This document shows, in pieces, positions 35,885-49,834 of a stretch of 58,756 nucleotides of DNA. The position numbers and the translations under genes were made by a program. Numbering within the stretch: the first letter of the stretch is position 1; each line of letters begins with the position of its first letter. This DNA is from Bacilli bacterium (GTDB taxonomy: Bacteria > Bacillota_I > Bacilli_A > RFN20 > CAG-826). The notes under the pieces were generated by a model. That model did not search any database. It had not been told where the DNA came from and saw nothing but the letters and a program-made list of their open reading frames with translations. The stretch is taken from the NCBI GenBank assembly GCA_024683495.1, contig JAIKYF010000071.1, positions 1 to 58,756 of the forward strand. The letters run 5' to 3'.

Positions 35885-36110
35885 AACAATAATCGTTCCT
35901 TTTATCGACCTTTGGCCCTCGTAGAGGACCGCAGTTAGATAGTATATCAACTATTGACTCATAAATCTATTTATGAATTGGATTTTTGACGATGCTTTGT
36001 GACTCTATCCACTAAAAGCAAAGAAGGCCGGACTTCCTTTTAGAAAGAAGAAGGAAGCCTCCGTTAATGGGCTTCCTTCAAAAATATTGCGTTTTTGCCA
36101 GTGATTTTGA

Positions 36111-40464
<4,354 letters not shown>

Positions 40465-40554
40465 AAAAACCTCAAAAATTATTATACCTTGAAACTATTT
40501 CAAGACTAGTCTTGACAAGGAGGAAAATGCGTTTTTTATCACATTTGTTTCCTC

Positions 40555-41568
40555 TTGACTATGATAGAGAAAACAATGTTCAAAAAACGGTGCATTACCT
40601 ATTTATTTGCTATTCTTTGTCGAGTGGATGCTAAAATATTCCATACAATGGAAATATTTAAGAAGAAGCAGACTCCCATCGAAAATATCACCTTCATCGC
40701 GATGCTCTCTGGAGTAAGCGCGGTTTTGAGCCTGATTTTCGGCTTCTTCCCCTTAAGCGAGATCTTCATCATCCTCTTCATTCCGATGATCCATGCTTTA
40801 GGGGCAAGACTCCTTGAAGATAAATTCATTCCTTTACTAATGGGGGCAAGCTTGATTCTCTCTTTGGGGATGAGTTTCCATAATTTCGGGGCGGGCATCT
40901 TCTATTTGGCCCCGTCGATTATCGTTGGGTGCCTTTATGGCTTCTTGATGAAGAAGAAATGGCCGATTTTCTTATTGGTTATCAGCTGTGCCTTAGTGGA
41001 GCTTTCTTTAAATTATTCTTTACTACCTTTAGCGAATATTATTTCGGGACTAGATATCATCGCGACCACCAAAGCCTTATTTGGCTTAAGCAAATTCGTC
41101 TACATCGATGACATCATCCCCACCTTCTTATTTATGTGGGCTTTATGCGAGGTGGCGATTTCTCACGTCTTGATTACCATAATCTTGCCGAATTTCAGAA
41201 TTGAGCCGCTTGAGATTAATGACCATGGTTTTTTGGCGCCTATACTAGGGATAACTTTCATTTTAGGTGGTTTTTGCACGGGATTTTTAACCGCGCCGGT
41301 TGGATTCCTCTTAATCGCGGTGGGCATTTATTTCTCGATTTTCGCGATTGAGAATTATCTTCGCAAGAACCCGATTTGGATTTATGTCGTCCTTGGGGGA
41401 TTGCTGGTTCTATCGCTTTTCCTTTTCGCGACTTTATATCAATTCATGCCGCGGGATTTAGGTTTTGGCCTCATCGGAATATTTTTTGTTTCTTCCGATT
41501 TAGTTTCTCTCGCTCTTGCTTTATTATTATTAAGCAAGAATAAGGGAAAGGAGGTCAGCCATGGGTAA
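40555..41568 (+). CDS. Polytopic membrane protein of unknown function
   Basis: About 9 TM helices. The start is uncertain, with candidate ATGs at 40576 and 40650. It is the first of three overlapping membrane-protein genes. Confidence 0.5.
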   Translation: MTMIEKTMFKKRCITYLFAILCRVDAKIFHTMEIFKKKQTPIENITFIAMLSGVSAVLSLIFGFFPLSEIFIILFIPMIHALGARLLEDKFIPLLMGASLILSLGMSFHNFGAGIFYLAPSIIVGCLYGFLMKKKWPIFLLVISCALVELSLNYSLLPLANIISGLDIIATTKALFGLSKFVYIDDIIPTFLFMWALCEVAISHVLITIILPNFRIEPLEINDHGFLAPILGITFILGGFCTGFLTAPVGFLLIAVGIYFSIFAIENYLRKNPIWIYVVLGGLLVLSLFLFATLYQFMPRDLGFGLIGIFFVSSDLVSLALALLLLSKNKGKEVSHG

Positions 41569-42196
41569 ATTTCTTAAGAATTTCGGCATTGGTTTAATCT
41601 ATTTCCTTTTGATTCCGGTCTTTTTGTTGATGCTGCTTATCGCGGGGATTTACGGAATTTTCCAACAAATCGTCCTTTTCTTTATCCGCGTCGTCCGCTT
41701 CTTCAGGGGCAAAGACCCCTTCCCTCCATTCGAGGAAGAGATCGCCGTCCAAAAGATTAAAGAGTCAGTTAAGCAGAGAATGAGCGAGAAAATCAATAAC
41801 CCTCCTCAATCTCAGCCTCAGGTTGTCATCCAGCAAGGAAGCCCTCAGCCTCAGCAAGTCTTCGTTCAGCACAACTATTACAACACCGATGGGCCAACTG
41901 CCCCACCGCCTTTTTCTGATATGCAGAAATTAGCCTCCCAAGAGACTCCTACCCCTATCGAGGAACAAAAAGTCGAGGCTATCCCCCAATCTCAGCCGGC
42001 CTTAGAGGAGCCAACACCTGAGCCAATCATCCAAGAAAATAAGACCGAACCCGCGCCTCAAGCTCAGCCACAAGAGACTCCGAAAACGGAACCGACTCCA
42101 AGCTATAATTATCCAAATGATGATCCTTTCGGAGGGAATGACGATCCTTTCAAGGGTTTATTCGATAGCAATAAAGATGGGGAGGGCAATGTATGA
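41561..42196 (+). CDS. Membrane-anchored Pro/Gln-rich protein
   Basis: An N-terminal TM hairpin is followed by low-complexity sequence, PPQSQPQVVIQQGSPQPQQ...PQAQPQETPKTEP. It overlaps both neighbours. Confidence 0.55.
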   Translation: MGKFLKNFGIGLIYFLLIPVFLLMLLIAGIYGIFQQIVLFFIRVVRFFRGKDPFPPFEEEIAVQKIKESVKQRMSEKINNPPQSQPQVVIQQGSPQPQQVFVQHNYYNTDGPTAPPPFSDMQKLASQETPTPIEEQKVEAIPQSQPALEEPTPEPIIQENKTEPAPQAQPQETPKTEPTPSYNYPNDDPFGGNDDPFKGLFDSNKDGEGNV

Positions 42197-42894
42197 TTGA
42201 TATCACTTCCCTCGCTTTTGTCAGCATCGAGATGACGGAGAATGACCGCCGCCTATTAATTTTCTTCATCATTTTGGCCTTGATTGTCTTCCTTTTGATT
42301 GGCCTCATCGGCATGCTCATCTGCAAGCTCAACCGTTATTTCGGCCAGCAGATCGATGAATATCTTAAGGAGCCCGTCTCCTACCGCGTGATACCTGATC
42401 CCGGCCATTTCAAGAAATACGGGCATAAGGTCAATCGTCGGCTTCTCTATAAGCAAGCCCGTATCCCTTTATTAATCTTATTATTAGGACTGGCCTTCTA
42501 TATCATCTATTCCTTGGTGGGCGCCGGAGGATGGGGCAGAAACTATTTTGGAGAATTCTGCGACCTCTTCTTCATCTGGGACTTCGAACATGCGAAAACC
42601 GTCACGGTCTTCGGAATCAATGTCCTCTCGGAATGGCCACCGCTTCTCCATGGTCCGATGGTTGTGGCCGAGCATTGGCCCTCTTACGTCTTGGTTCCGA
42701 TTCTCGTCATAGGAGGAGTTTGGTATCTAGTGGTCATCCAAGCCTTCCTCAGCCGGCACTTCATGATTGGCAAACGAGCCAAAACCGTCTATAAGAAAAC
42801 GCTTGAAGGCTATAACTATTACGACAACATGCCTAAGGATGAATTTGGTAATCCAATCGATATGTCAGTCGATCCTCAAAACGTCAATAAATAA
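42193..42894 (+). CDS. Membrane protein of unknown function
   Basis: 233 aa with 3-4 TM helices. Its ATGA start overlaps the upstream gene. Confidence 0.55.
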   Translation: MIDITSLAFVSIEMTENDRRLLIFFIILALIVFLLIGLIGMLICKLNRYFGQQIDEYLKEPVSYRVIPDPGHFKKYGHKVNRRLLYKQARIPLLILLLGLAFYIIYSLVGAGGWGRNYFGEFCDLFFIWDFEHAKTVTVFGINVLSEWPPLLHGPMVVAEHWPSYVLVPILVIGGVWYLVVIQAFLSRHFMIGKRAKTVYKKTLEGYNYYDNMPKDEFGNPIDMSVDPQNVNK

Positions 42895-43041
42895 TCTTCA
42901 GCCCTATCGTTATGATGGGGCTTTTTTAGTTCTTGCTAAATATAAAACACTTAGTTTATTAAAACTACGACCTCGCTTATTGAATACTGCAGATAGTATC
43001 ATCTTGAGTTTTGCATATACAAAAATGATGGCTCAATGTTG

Positions 43042-43070
43042 TTGACACTTATTAGGAGCGTGACCATAAT
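43042..43070 (+). promoter_or_regulatory. Sigma-70-type promoter for the secreted-protein gene
   Basis: TTGACA (43042-43047), 17-nt spacer, CATAAT (43065-43070). Confidence 0.55.
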
Positions 43071-43115
43071 TATTAGTAGGGTAAGCGCTTACATTAACAA
43101 AAAATGGAGATTAAC

Positions 43116-44759
43116 ATGAAGAAAAAGCAATTGTTTGTCAGTCTGTTAGCGGCATCAGCCGTTGTTGCTGTTTTAGCGGTTGGATTAACCAATATCAAGG
43201 GCGGTATGTTTGGGCCTATGACCATTAACGCCGATGCTGGAAGAGGGGAAACAAACACCATCACCTTGAATGAGGATGCTGGCTCAACGCTCCCAGCCGC
43301 TCTCGGAGATGGTGATTTCACCGTCAATACCCAAAACGGCAATCAAGTCGCATTCCATTATGACAACGCTATGAAACTCTCTGAAGGTTTCATCACATTA
43401 GGAAAAGATAAGACTGGCAATCCAAACGGAAATGAATTCTATGTTGGCAATACCGATCCAATCACCTCCGTCACCGGTATCACCATTAATTTCACTGGCG
43501 CTAGACTAGCGGTCTTTGCCTCCGCCAACGGAACCGACTTCTATAAAGTAGAACTATTAGAATCCTCCTCCACTATCACGACTGCCAATGACTATTTCTA
43601 TTTCAGATTCGTGAATGCCGATCAAGAAGCTTCGTCCATCAGCATTACGAACATCACCATCAGCTATGAATGCAATGCCGCTGACTTCACCGATGAATTG
43701 TCCGATTTAACAAGCGGAGACATCACTTTCGTCGGCGACTCTGCCGAAGGCAACATCGTAAGTGATACCACCAACTTTGTTGATGGTTTCAATTCAAGTA
43801 AGAGTGCGAAGATCATGGCGCCAGTCGCAAGTGGCGAGGCTTATAAATATGGTTTCAGCATCGCCCTTCCACGCGCCTACACCTTAGATGAAATTCAAAA
43901 CATTTCCCTTTCCTTCTCTTATAACACCTTAAATAACACCTACTACGATTCCGGGCATAATTTTGCTCGATTCATTATGTTCCTTTCGCCTAGCGCTTAT
44001 AGTTACAAAGATGGAAATGAGAAATATATAACGCACAGCGTCCAGTTAAATAATGGCCTCGATTGGACCGAAACCACCTTAAACCTTGGCGAATTCACGG
44101 GTTTTGATGTATATGACAGCACCAAAACCATCGCTTATTTATTCGTCAGACCATGCTATATCTCAGGTTATGCAAATTTAGATCAGATGAGATTATCATT
44201 CAATTCTGATTATCCTTACTTCGCTTCTGGTGAATTGTTTAGAAAAGAGAATACCGCCGATGTCAATGCCGGTATCACGATCACCAATGAAGATAGCACG
44301 GAGTATGGTAATGGAATCAAGGCTATGGCCACCGGGGCGATAGCAGGATACACCAGAATCTTCTCTTTGAACTTAGGGGCCACTTATTCCTTCGCCAACA
44401 CTCAAACAAGCGGTGGAGCATTCTCCTTCTATTTCTGCGCCGGAACCGCAACAACCGACACAAATAACTGGAAAAAGTTCGTCGCCATGCAGTTGACCTT
44501 AGGTGGCGTCTCAGATAGAGCGAGCACTGAATTTAGATTTGATAATACTGCCGTCACTGCAGCTCTTGTCGATAGCGTCAATATGTGGATTCATGTCAGC
44601 ATCGATATCAGCAAGTTGACCGCCTATAGCGATGCGCCAGCGACGACTTTCGATCGTATCAATTTCAAATTACAGAACGCTTCTTATTTATCGCTATCAG
44701 CGGAACAATACGTCTACTTCACTGGATTCGAAATGAATAATTTCGCTTTGGCGGCCTAA
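43116..44759 (+). CDS. Secreted or surface protein of unknown function
   Basis: Start at MKKKQLFVSLLAASAVVAVLAV, 6 nt after GGAGA. It has a signal peptide without a lipobox Cys, and the mature part is Thr/Asn/Ser-rich and beta-rich. Confidence 0.7.
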   Translation: MKKKQLFVSLLAASAVVAVLAVGLTNIKGGMFGPMTINADAGRGETNTITLNEDAGSTLPAALGDGDFTVNTQNGNQVAFHYDNAMKLSEGFITLGKDKTGNPNGNEFYVGNTDPITSVTGITINFTGARLAVFASANGTDFYKVELLESSSTITTANDYFYFRFVNADQEASSISITNITISYECNAADFTDELSDLTSGDITFVGDSAEGNIVSDTTNFVDGFNSSKSAKIMAPVASGEAYKYGFSIALPRAYTLDEIQNISLSFSYNTLNNTYYDSGHNFARFIMFLSPSAYSYKDGNEKYITHSVQLNNGLDWTETTLNLGEFTGFDVYDSTKTIAYLFVRPCYISGYANLDQMRLSFNSDYPYFASGELFRKENTADVNAGITITNEDSTEYGNGIKAMATGAIAGYTRIFSLNLGATYSFANTQTSGGAFSFYFCAGTATTDTNNWKKFVAMQLTLGGVSDRASTEFRFDNTAVTAALVDSVNMWIHVSIDISKLTAYSDAPATTFDRINFKLQNASYLSLSAEQYVYFTGFEMNNFALAA

Positions 44760-44770
44760 TCATCATCCTA

Positions 44771-44803
44771 AAAAGCTATCATCCAAAAAGTGATAGCTTT
44801 TTT
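44771..44803 (+). terminator. Terminator of the secreted-protein gene
   Basis: AAAAGCTATCA tccaaaaag TGATAGCTTTTTT. Confidence 0.7.
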
Positions 44804-44806
44804 CAT

Positions 44807-44854
44807 ATAAAAAAGACTGCGACCACTCCTTAAATGAAAGGTGGTTGCAGTCTT
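44807..44854 (-). terminator. Terminator of the asnS / small-ORF transcript
   Basis: 14-bp stem AAGACTGCGACCAC / GTGGTTGCAGTCTT, followed by TTTTTT on the minus strand. Confidence 0.65.
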
Positions 44855-44866
44855 ATTTATTGATGA

Positions 44867-45019
44867 TTATTTAATGAAGATATCGATGACTTCGAAGACC
44901 ACGAAGAAGGCGACTAAAATCGTGGCGATGACAATAGCCCAATAGATGCGGGCATGGGAACGCTCCTTCCGGAGTTCTTCTTCGCTTTTGACGGGAATTT
45001 CAACTGTATTTTCGTCCAT
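44867..45019 (-). CDS. Small (50 aa) single-pass membrane protein, not in the ORF track
   Basis: Reading by eye gives MDENTVEIPVKSEEELRKERSHARIYWAIVIATILVAFFVVFEVIDIFIK. The ATG lies 2 nt after the asnS stop, and the terminator follows directly. Confidence 0.45.
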   Translation of the reverse strand: MDENTVEIPVKSEEELRKERSHARIYWAIVIATILVAFFVVFEVIDIFIK

Positions 45020-45021
45020 GA

Positions 45022-46404
45022 TTAATACCTCAGGTTATTGCTGGTTCTTGGATAAGGTTCGGTATCGCGGATGTTGGTGATGCCGGTGATATACATGAGC
45101 AAGCGGTCGAAGCCGATACCAAATCCAGAATGGATGCAGCCGCCGTACTTACGGAGATTAAGATACCATTCAAGGCCTTTGGTGTTGCCAATCTTATCCA
45201 TCTTGGCTTTTAAGATCTCGTAACGTTCTTCTCTTTGGGAGCCGCCGACGATTTCTCCTTCGCCCGGAACAAGCAAGTCACAGGCGGCGACGGTTTTGCC
45301 ATCGTCATTCTCTCTCATATAGAAGGCTTTGATCTCTTTGGGGTAATTGATGAGGAACATCGGGCCTTTGACGACTTCTTCGGTCAGATATCTCTCATGC
45401 TCGGACTGGAGGTCCATCCCCCACTCAATCTTGGAATTCTCGAATTTATGGCCGTTTTTGACGGCTTCTTGGAGAATCTCGATGCCTTTGGTGTATTCCA
45501 TCTTATAGAAGGGGGAGGACGCGACTTTCTTGAGCTTTTCAAGAACGGTCTTATCGACCCATTGATTGAAGAAATTCATCTCATCGGGACACTTCTCAAG
45601 GATGTAGTTGATGCAGAATTTGATGCAATCTTCGATGCAGGCCATATCATCATCTAAATCCGCGAAGGCGAGTTCTGGCTCAATCATCCAGAATTCCGAG
45701 GCGTGACGGGGAGTGTTGCTCTTTTCGGCCCGGAAAGTCGGCCCGAAGGTATAGACATTCTTGAAGGCCAAAGCGAAGGCTTCGACGTGAAGTTGGCCAG
45801 AGACGGTCAAGGAAGCGCGCTTCCCATAGAATCCATTGATTGGATCTTCCCCATCGGTGATGACGGTGAAGACGGAACCCGCCCCCTCGGCATCGTTAGC
45901 GGTGATTTCGGGCGTATGGACATAGACGAATTCCCTCTCTTGGAAGAAAGTGTGGATGGCCATGGCGAGAACGCTTCTGACGCGATAAAGGGCATCGAAG
46001 GTGTTGGTGCGAGGACGTAAGTAGGCCTCTTCTCTAAGGAATTCGAAGGAGGCTCTTTTCTTTTGGAGAGGATAATCTTCGGCGACATCCCCTAATAAAG
46101 TGAAGTCTGAGGAATGAATCTCGAAGGGCTGATTCATGTTAGGGGTCAAAACGAGTTTGCCTCTCACGCATAAAGCGGCCCCTAAGGGGTAATGGGAAAC
46201 GACGTTGAAATCAACCTTTTCCGCTTCATAGACAACCTGAACGTTCTTAAAGGCAGTTCCATCATGGATGGCGATAAAACCGATCTTGCCGTTATTACGG
46301 TTAGTTCTAAGCCAACCCATCAAGACGATGTCTTGGCCATCTTTGAGCTGTCCTTTTTCGTAAGCCTCATAAAGCTTACGGACTGAGATACTTTTTTCTT
46401 GCAT
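45022..46404 (-). CDS. asnS: Asparagine--tRNA ligase
   Basis: Class IIb aaRS motifs (FRAEKSNTPRHASEFWMIEPE, GGSQRE, GFGIGFDRL). 460 aa. Confidence 0.92.
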   Translation of the reverse strand: MQEKSISVRKLYEAYEKGQLKDGQDIVLMGWLRTNRNNGKIGFIAIHDGTAFKNVQVVYEAEKVDFNVVSHYPLGAALCVRGKLVLTPNMNQPFEIHSSDFTLLGDVAEDYPLQKKRASFEFLREEAYLRPRTNTFDALYRVRSVLAMAIHTFFQEREFVYVHTPEITANDAEGAGSVFTVITDGEDPINGFYGKRASLTVSGQLHVEAFALAFKNVYTFGPTFRAEKSNTPRHASEFWMIEPELAFADLDDDMACIEDCIKFCINYILEKCPDEMNFFNQWVDKTVLEKLKKVASSPFYKMEYTKGIEILQEAVKNGHKFENSKIEWGMDLQSEHERYLTEEVVKGPMFLINYPKEIKAFYMRENDDGKTVAACDLLVPGEGEIVGGSQREERYEILKAKMDKIGNTKGLEWYLNLRKYGGCIHSGFGIGFDRLLMYITGITNIRDTEPYPRTSNNLRY

Positions 46405-46477
46405 ATATATTCCTCGCGCTTTAGTAGCATATCACAAGTGAATGCGAATTTTGATTATTAAATCAAAGAGTTTTCGA

Positions 46478-47494
46478 TTAGTCGAATTTCCGGAAATCGG
46501 AGATCTTCCAGTTAGGGTCGGCCCCTAAGGTAAGAGGAGCGAAAACCTTCTCCTCATATAGTCTTTCCGCGACTTTGGCGATCATTGCCCCGTTATCGGT
46601 CGTGCACCAAAGAGGTGGAATGATTAAATCGATGCCGGTATTCGCTAGACGTTTCTGCATCTGCTCCCTTAAGTAGGAATTCGCGGAGACCCCACCTGCC
46701 AAGACGACTTGCTTGACGTCATATTCTTCGGCGGCTTTGGTGGCCTTATCAAGAATCATCCCGATCGCCACATCCTGGAAGGAACGGGCCATGTCATTGA
46801 TTCTGATCTCCTCGCCCTTCATCTTGAGGGTGTTGACAAGATTGATGACCGAGGTCTTCAATCCCGAATAGGAGAAATCATAGGAATCCTTATGGGCCCA
46901 GGGAGTGGGTAAATCATAGGTGTGCTCGCCTAATTTGGCGGCTCGATCGATTGGCAATCCACCAGGATAGGGCATTCCTAAAACCCTAGCGACTTTGTCG
47001 TAGCATTCCCCGACCGCATCATCTTTAGTCTCTCCGATGATCTCAAAATCCAGGTGGTCTTTCATCAAGACCAGCTCGGTATTTCCACCGGAAACAACGA
47101 CGCATAAAAGAGGGAACCTGAACTCCCCAGCATATTCATTGGCGTAGATGTGACCCGCCAAATGATGGACGGGGATGAGAGGTTTATGGTAAATCATCGC
47201 CAAAGTCTTGGCGGCTTGTAAGCCAACGTGGAGGCAACCGATGAGACCGGGTCCTCTAGTGACGGCGATGGCATCTAAATCCTCATATTTGACGTTGGCT
47301 TGGCTGAGAGCCTCTTCTAGACAGACGGCGATATTCTCGCAATGGAGCCTTGAGGCGATCTCTGGCATGACGCCTCCGTATTTTTCATGGACGGGGACTT
47401 GGGAGGAGACGACGTTAGCTAAAAGCTTCCCGTCATCGGTGATGGCGACGGCAGTTTCATCGCAGCTGGATTCAATCGCGAGAATTTTGCTCAT
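46478..47494 (-). CDS. tsaD: tRNA N6-adenosine threonylcarbamoyltransferase
   Basis: ILAIESSCDETAVAI N-terminus, HHLAGHI metal motif. 338 aa. Confidence 0.92.
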   Translation of the reverse strand: MSKILAIESSCDETAVAITDDGKLLANVVSSQVPVHEKYGGVMPEIASRLHCENIAVCLEEALSQANVKYEDLDAIAVTRGPGLIGCLHVGLQAAKTLAMIYHKPLIPVHHLAGHIYANEYAGEFRFPLLCVVVSGGNTELVLMKDHLDFEIIGETKDDAVGECYDKVARVLGMPYPGGLPIDRAAKLGEHTYDLPTPWAHKDSYDFSYSGLKTSVINLVNTLKMKGEEIRINDMARSFQDVAIGMILDKATKAAEEYDVKQVVLAGGVSANSYLREQMQKRLANTGIDLIIPPLWCTTDNGAMIAKVAERLYEEKVFAPLTLGADPNWKISDFRKFD

Positions 47495-47952
47495 TCATTC
47501 ACTCCTCTCATCATATAGATGGCGTCTTCGCCATTTTCGTAATAGGCCTTTTTCACCGTGACTTTCTCAAAGCCTAGCTTTTCATATAGTTTAATCGCGG
47601 CTAAGTTAGACACCCTAACTTCTAGAGTGAGGAAGAGGACTTCCTCAGGCTGGTTTCTTAAGACTTCCAGCATCTTCTCCATTAGTTTCGAGGCGATGCC
47701 TTGCTGACGGTGATTTTTCTTCACGGCCACCCTGGCGATAGTCGCTGAATCGAAGGTGATATAGAAGTCAATATATCCAACGATTTCTTTTTTCTCATCG
47801 AGATAGACGTAGATATTGGCGACCGGATTAGCGAGAAATTCGTAGGTCATCTGCTCCTCATTGAAGGGGAGCGAGAAGGCTTCTTTCTCTAATTCCAAGA
47901 TCCCTTCAAGATCGTTTAAGGTGGCTTTTCTAATTAAGCATCCTTCCTTCAT
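47491..47952 (-). CDS. rimI: Ribosomal-protein-alanine N-acetyltransferase (GNAT)
   Basis: GNAT acetyl-CoA motif RQQGIASKLM. It lies between tsaB and tsaD with 4-nt overlaps. Confidence 0.8.
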   Translation of the reverse strand: MKEGCLIRKATLNDLEGILELEKEAFSLPFNEEQMTYEFLANPVANIYVYLDEKKEIVGYIDFYITFDSATIARVAVKKNHRQQGIASKLMEKMLEVLRNQPEEVLFLTLEVRVSNLAAIKLYEKLGFEKVTVKKAYYENGEDAIYMMRGVNE

Positions 47953-48545
47953 ATCGGATAAACGTCCTTTAGATAAACTGGCTTCGCGGCCCTAGGATCG
48001 GGGCAGAGATTTCTCTCGACGTCTGATTCATTAAGGACTTTCAAGACATCGAAGGGCTTAGAATCTAAGCCAAGATAGCCGACATCCCCACAGACGCGAT
48101 AAGTCGGATGCTCCTTAATGTATGTAAGGACTTCCGTATTCTCCAAAATCGCATCTTCTTTCAAGGTCTTATCCCCTTCATAAACCCCGATATAGCTTCT
48201 TTTGCTTCTGGCGTTCATAAGGCAGATCGAAGGGTTAGTTGAATCCTTCAAGGCTTCTAAGGAAGAGACTAGATAAAGGGGAACTTTAATCGCGCAGGCT
48301 AAGACTTTCGCGACGCTTAAAGCGATGCGGACCCCGGTATATGAGCCAGGACCTTTGGAACAGACCACGCAAGAAATATCCACTTTTTGCACGGAATTTT
48401 CATTTAAGAGACGGTCTAATTCAGAAACGAGAAGCTCGCTTTGTCTTTGCCAAGCCTCATAAGCGACCTCGGCGATAATCTCTCCATCTTTGGATAAGCC
48501 AACCGCGAGCATCGTGTTGGAAGAATCGATAAGAACCTTAATCAT
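47949..48545 (-). CDS. tsaB: t6A biosynthesis protein TsaB
   Basis: Start at MIKVLIDSSNTMLAVGL (ATGATTAA overlap with the tsaE stop). GPGSYTGVRI motif. Confidence 0.85.
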   Translation of the reverse strand: MIKVLIDSSNTMLAVGLSKDGEIIAEVAYEAWQRQSELLVSELDRLLNENSVQKVDISCVVCSKGPGSYTGVRIALSVAKVLACAIKVPLYLVSSLEALKDSTNPSICLMNARSKRSYIGVYEGDKTLKEDAILENTEVLTYIKEHPTYRVCGDVGYLGLDSKPFDVLKVLNESDVERNLCPDPRAAKPVYLKDVYPI

Positions 48546-49005
48546 GGAAAACCTCCTTGACCTCGCCGATGAGCTTCTCAAATCTTTTTCCTTCGCCTTT
48601 GATGGTGATCTCTCGATGATCGCCACCGACATTATGCAAAGAAACCTCTAATCTTTCGTCAGGAATGAGAGGCATGATGAACTGAGGCCACTCAATGAAA
48701 CAGACCCCATCTCCTTCGATATATTCATCGAGTCCCAGCTCAATATTCTGATTCTCTAAGCGATAAGCGTCGATATGATAAAGGGGGATTGTTCCCTTGA
48801 AATAGCATTTCATGATGTTGAAGGTTGGGGAAATGACGTCTTCGTGAACTTTCAAGGCTTTGGCGACGCCGCCGACCAAAGTGGTTTTGCCCGCGCCCAA
48901 ATCACCTTCGAGGAGAACGACATCTCCTCGAACTAGCCTTAAGGCTAGAAAAGAGCCAAAGGCCATTGTTTGGTCGCGATTATTCGTAGTGAAAGTGTAT
49001 TCCAT
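48538..49005 (-). CDS. tsaE: t6A biosynthesis ATPase TsaE
   Basis: Start at MEYTFTT. P-loop GDLGAGKTT and the SPTFNI and HIDAYRL motifs. Confidence 0.85.
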   Translation of the reverse strand: MEYTFTTNNRDQTMAFGSFLALRLVRGDVVLLEGDLGAGKTTLVGGVAKALKVHEDVISPTFNIMKCYFKGTIPLYHIDAYRLENQNIELGLDEYIEGDGVCFIEWPQFIMPLIPDERLEVSLHNVGGDHREITIKGEGKRFEKLIGEVKEVFHD

Positions 49006-49033
49006 AATTAGTTGATGCCTCGAATAGAAATAA

Positions 49034-49594
49034 TTATTTCCGACGGGGAATCGGGCGATTTTCCTGCTCAAATTTCTCGTATAATTTTCTGACTTCTTCG
49101 CCAGTATAGGGGAAGACCCTATCGCTCATCTCCTGCTTCACTTTGCTAAAGCAATCATAGATGCATTTGATTAACTCAGGGGAATAGCCATATTTCTCCC
49201 CATGTCTTTCGAATTCCTGGAAATCCAAGCCTTGGATGTCCCCATTCGGATAAAGCTTCACGTCAAGGTCATAGTCGATGTATTTTAGGCATCCCTTATC
49301 TAGCAAAGTCGGGGAAGCGATATTGACGTAATAGCAGATGCCATCGTCTTTTGACATGCAGATGATATTCTTCCATTCATTCTTGAAAAGGATGAAGATC
49401 GCATGTTCTTTGGTGACCCATTTCCTTCCATCGAATTCCGTGACCAAAGAGGCCCTAGAGGCTAGGGCGTAATAGTCGTCAGTCTCTTCGACTAGATAGG
49501 CAGGGGACCATTCGCGGTGGAGGGAGCCATCATGTTTATAGGCTTGGACATGGATCCATTTGGAAAAACGATTTTCGGTATTATTCTCATTCAT
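49034..49594 (-). CDS. DUF402 (UPF0374) family protein, putative nucleoside tri/diphosphatase
   Basis: The pattern VQAYKHDGSLHREW...YYVNIASP...IDYDLDVKLYPNG is typical of the DUF402/Ntdp family. Confidence 0.6.
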   Translation of the reverse strand: MNENNTENRFSKWIHVQAYKHDGSLHREWSPAYLVEETDDYYALASRASLVTEFDGRKWVTKEHAIFILFKNEWKNIICMSKDDGICYYVNIASPTLLDKGCLKYIDYDLDVKLYPNGDIQGLDFQEFERHGEKYGYSPELIKCIYDCFSKVKQEMSDRVFPYTGEEVRKLYEKFEQENRPIPRRK

Positions 49595-49764
49595 AAGCGG
49601 TCAGGCCGGACTTCGGCTTCGGGATTATTATAGAACAAAAATAGTGAAAATCACTATTTAATAGGCCAGTCCGGCGATTTTAAAGGGAAGAGATAGACTT
49701 AGTCTATTCCCTTTGGAATGCCTCTTCCCTTTAAAACGAGGCCGAGAAAAACCAGATGAAATTC

Positions 49765-49801
49765 TAATTTTAAGCGAGATTTGCACGGGAAAATGAAAAA
49801 A
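49765..49801 (-). repeat. Second copy of the ~36-nt intergenic element (core GTGCAAATCTCGC on the minus strand)
   Basis: The reverse complement reads TTTTTTCATTTTCCCGTGCAAATCTCGCTTAAAATTA, which matches 26160-26195 with 2-3 differences. Confidence 0.6.
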
Positions 49802-49820
49802 GCGAGCCAGTGGCCCGCTT
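49794..49820 (-). terminator. Terminator of the 49835-51055 gene
   Basis: On the minus strand: AAGCGGGCCA ctGGCTCGCTT followed by TTTTTT. Confidence 0.65.
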
Positions 49821-49834
49821 AGAATTAGAAGAGT

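Noticed and set aside
42767-43342. ORFs 42767-43045 (+) and 43094-43342 (-) around the secreted-protein promoter
   Set aside because: The first runs off-frame out of the 42193-42894 gene into the promoter region. The second is antisense to the signal-peptide region of the 43116 gene. Neither has an RBS.
45235-45657. Large antisense ORFs inside conserved genes (e.g. 45235-45657, 38191-38604, 31766-32161, 35162-35416, 39424-39750)
   Set aside because: All lie opposite strongly conserved housekeeping genes (asnS, pcrA, gatB, GT2). They show the Asp/Gly/Phe/Ile-rich composition typical of shadow frames.
46405-46477. Possible T-box leader upstream of asnS
   Set aside because: The spacer is only about 73 nt and lacks the T-box consensus and a specifier/antiterminator architecture.
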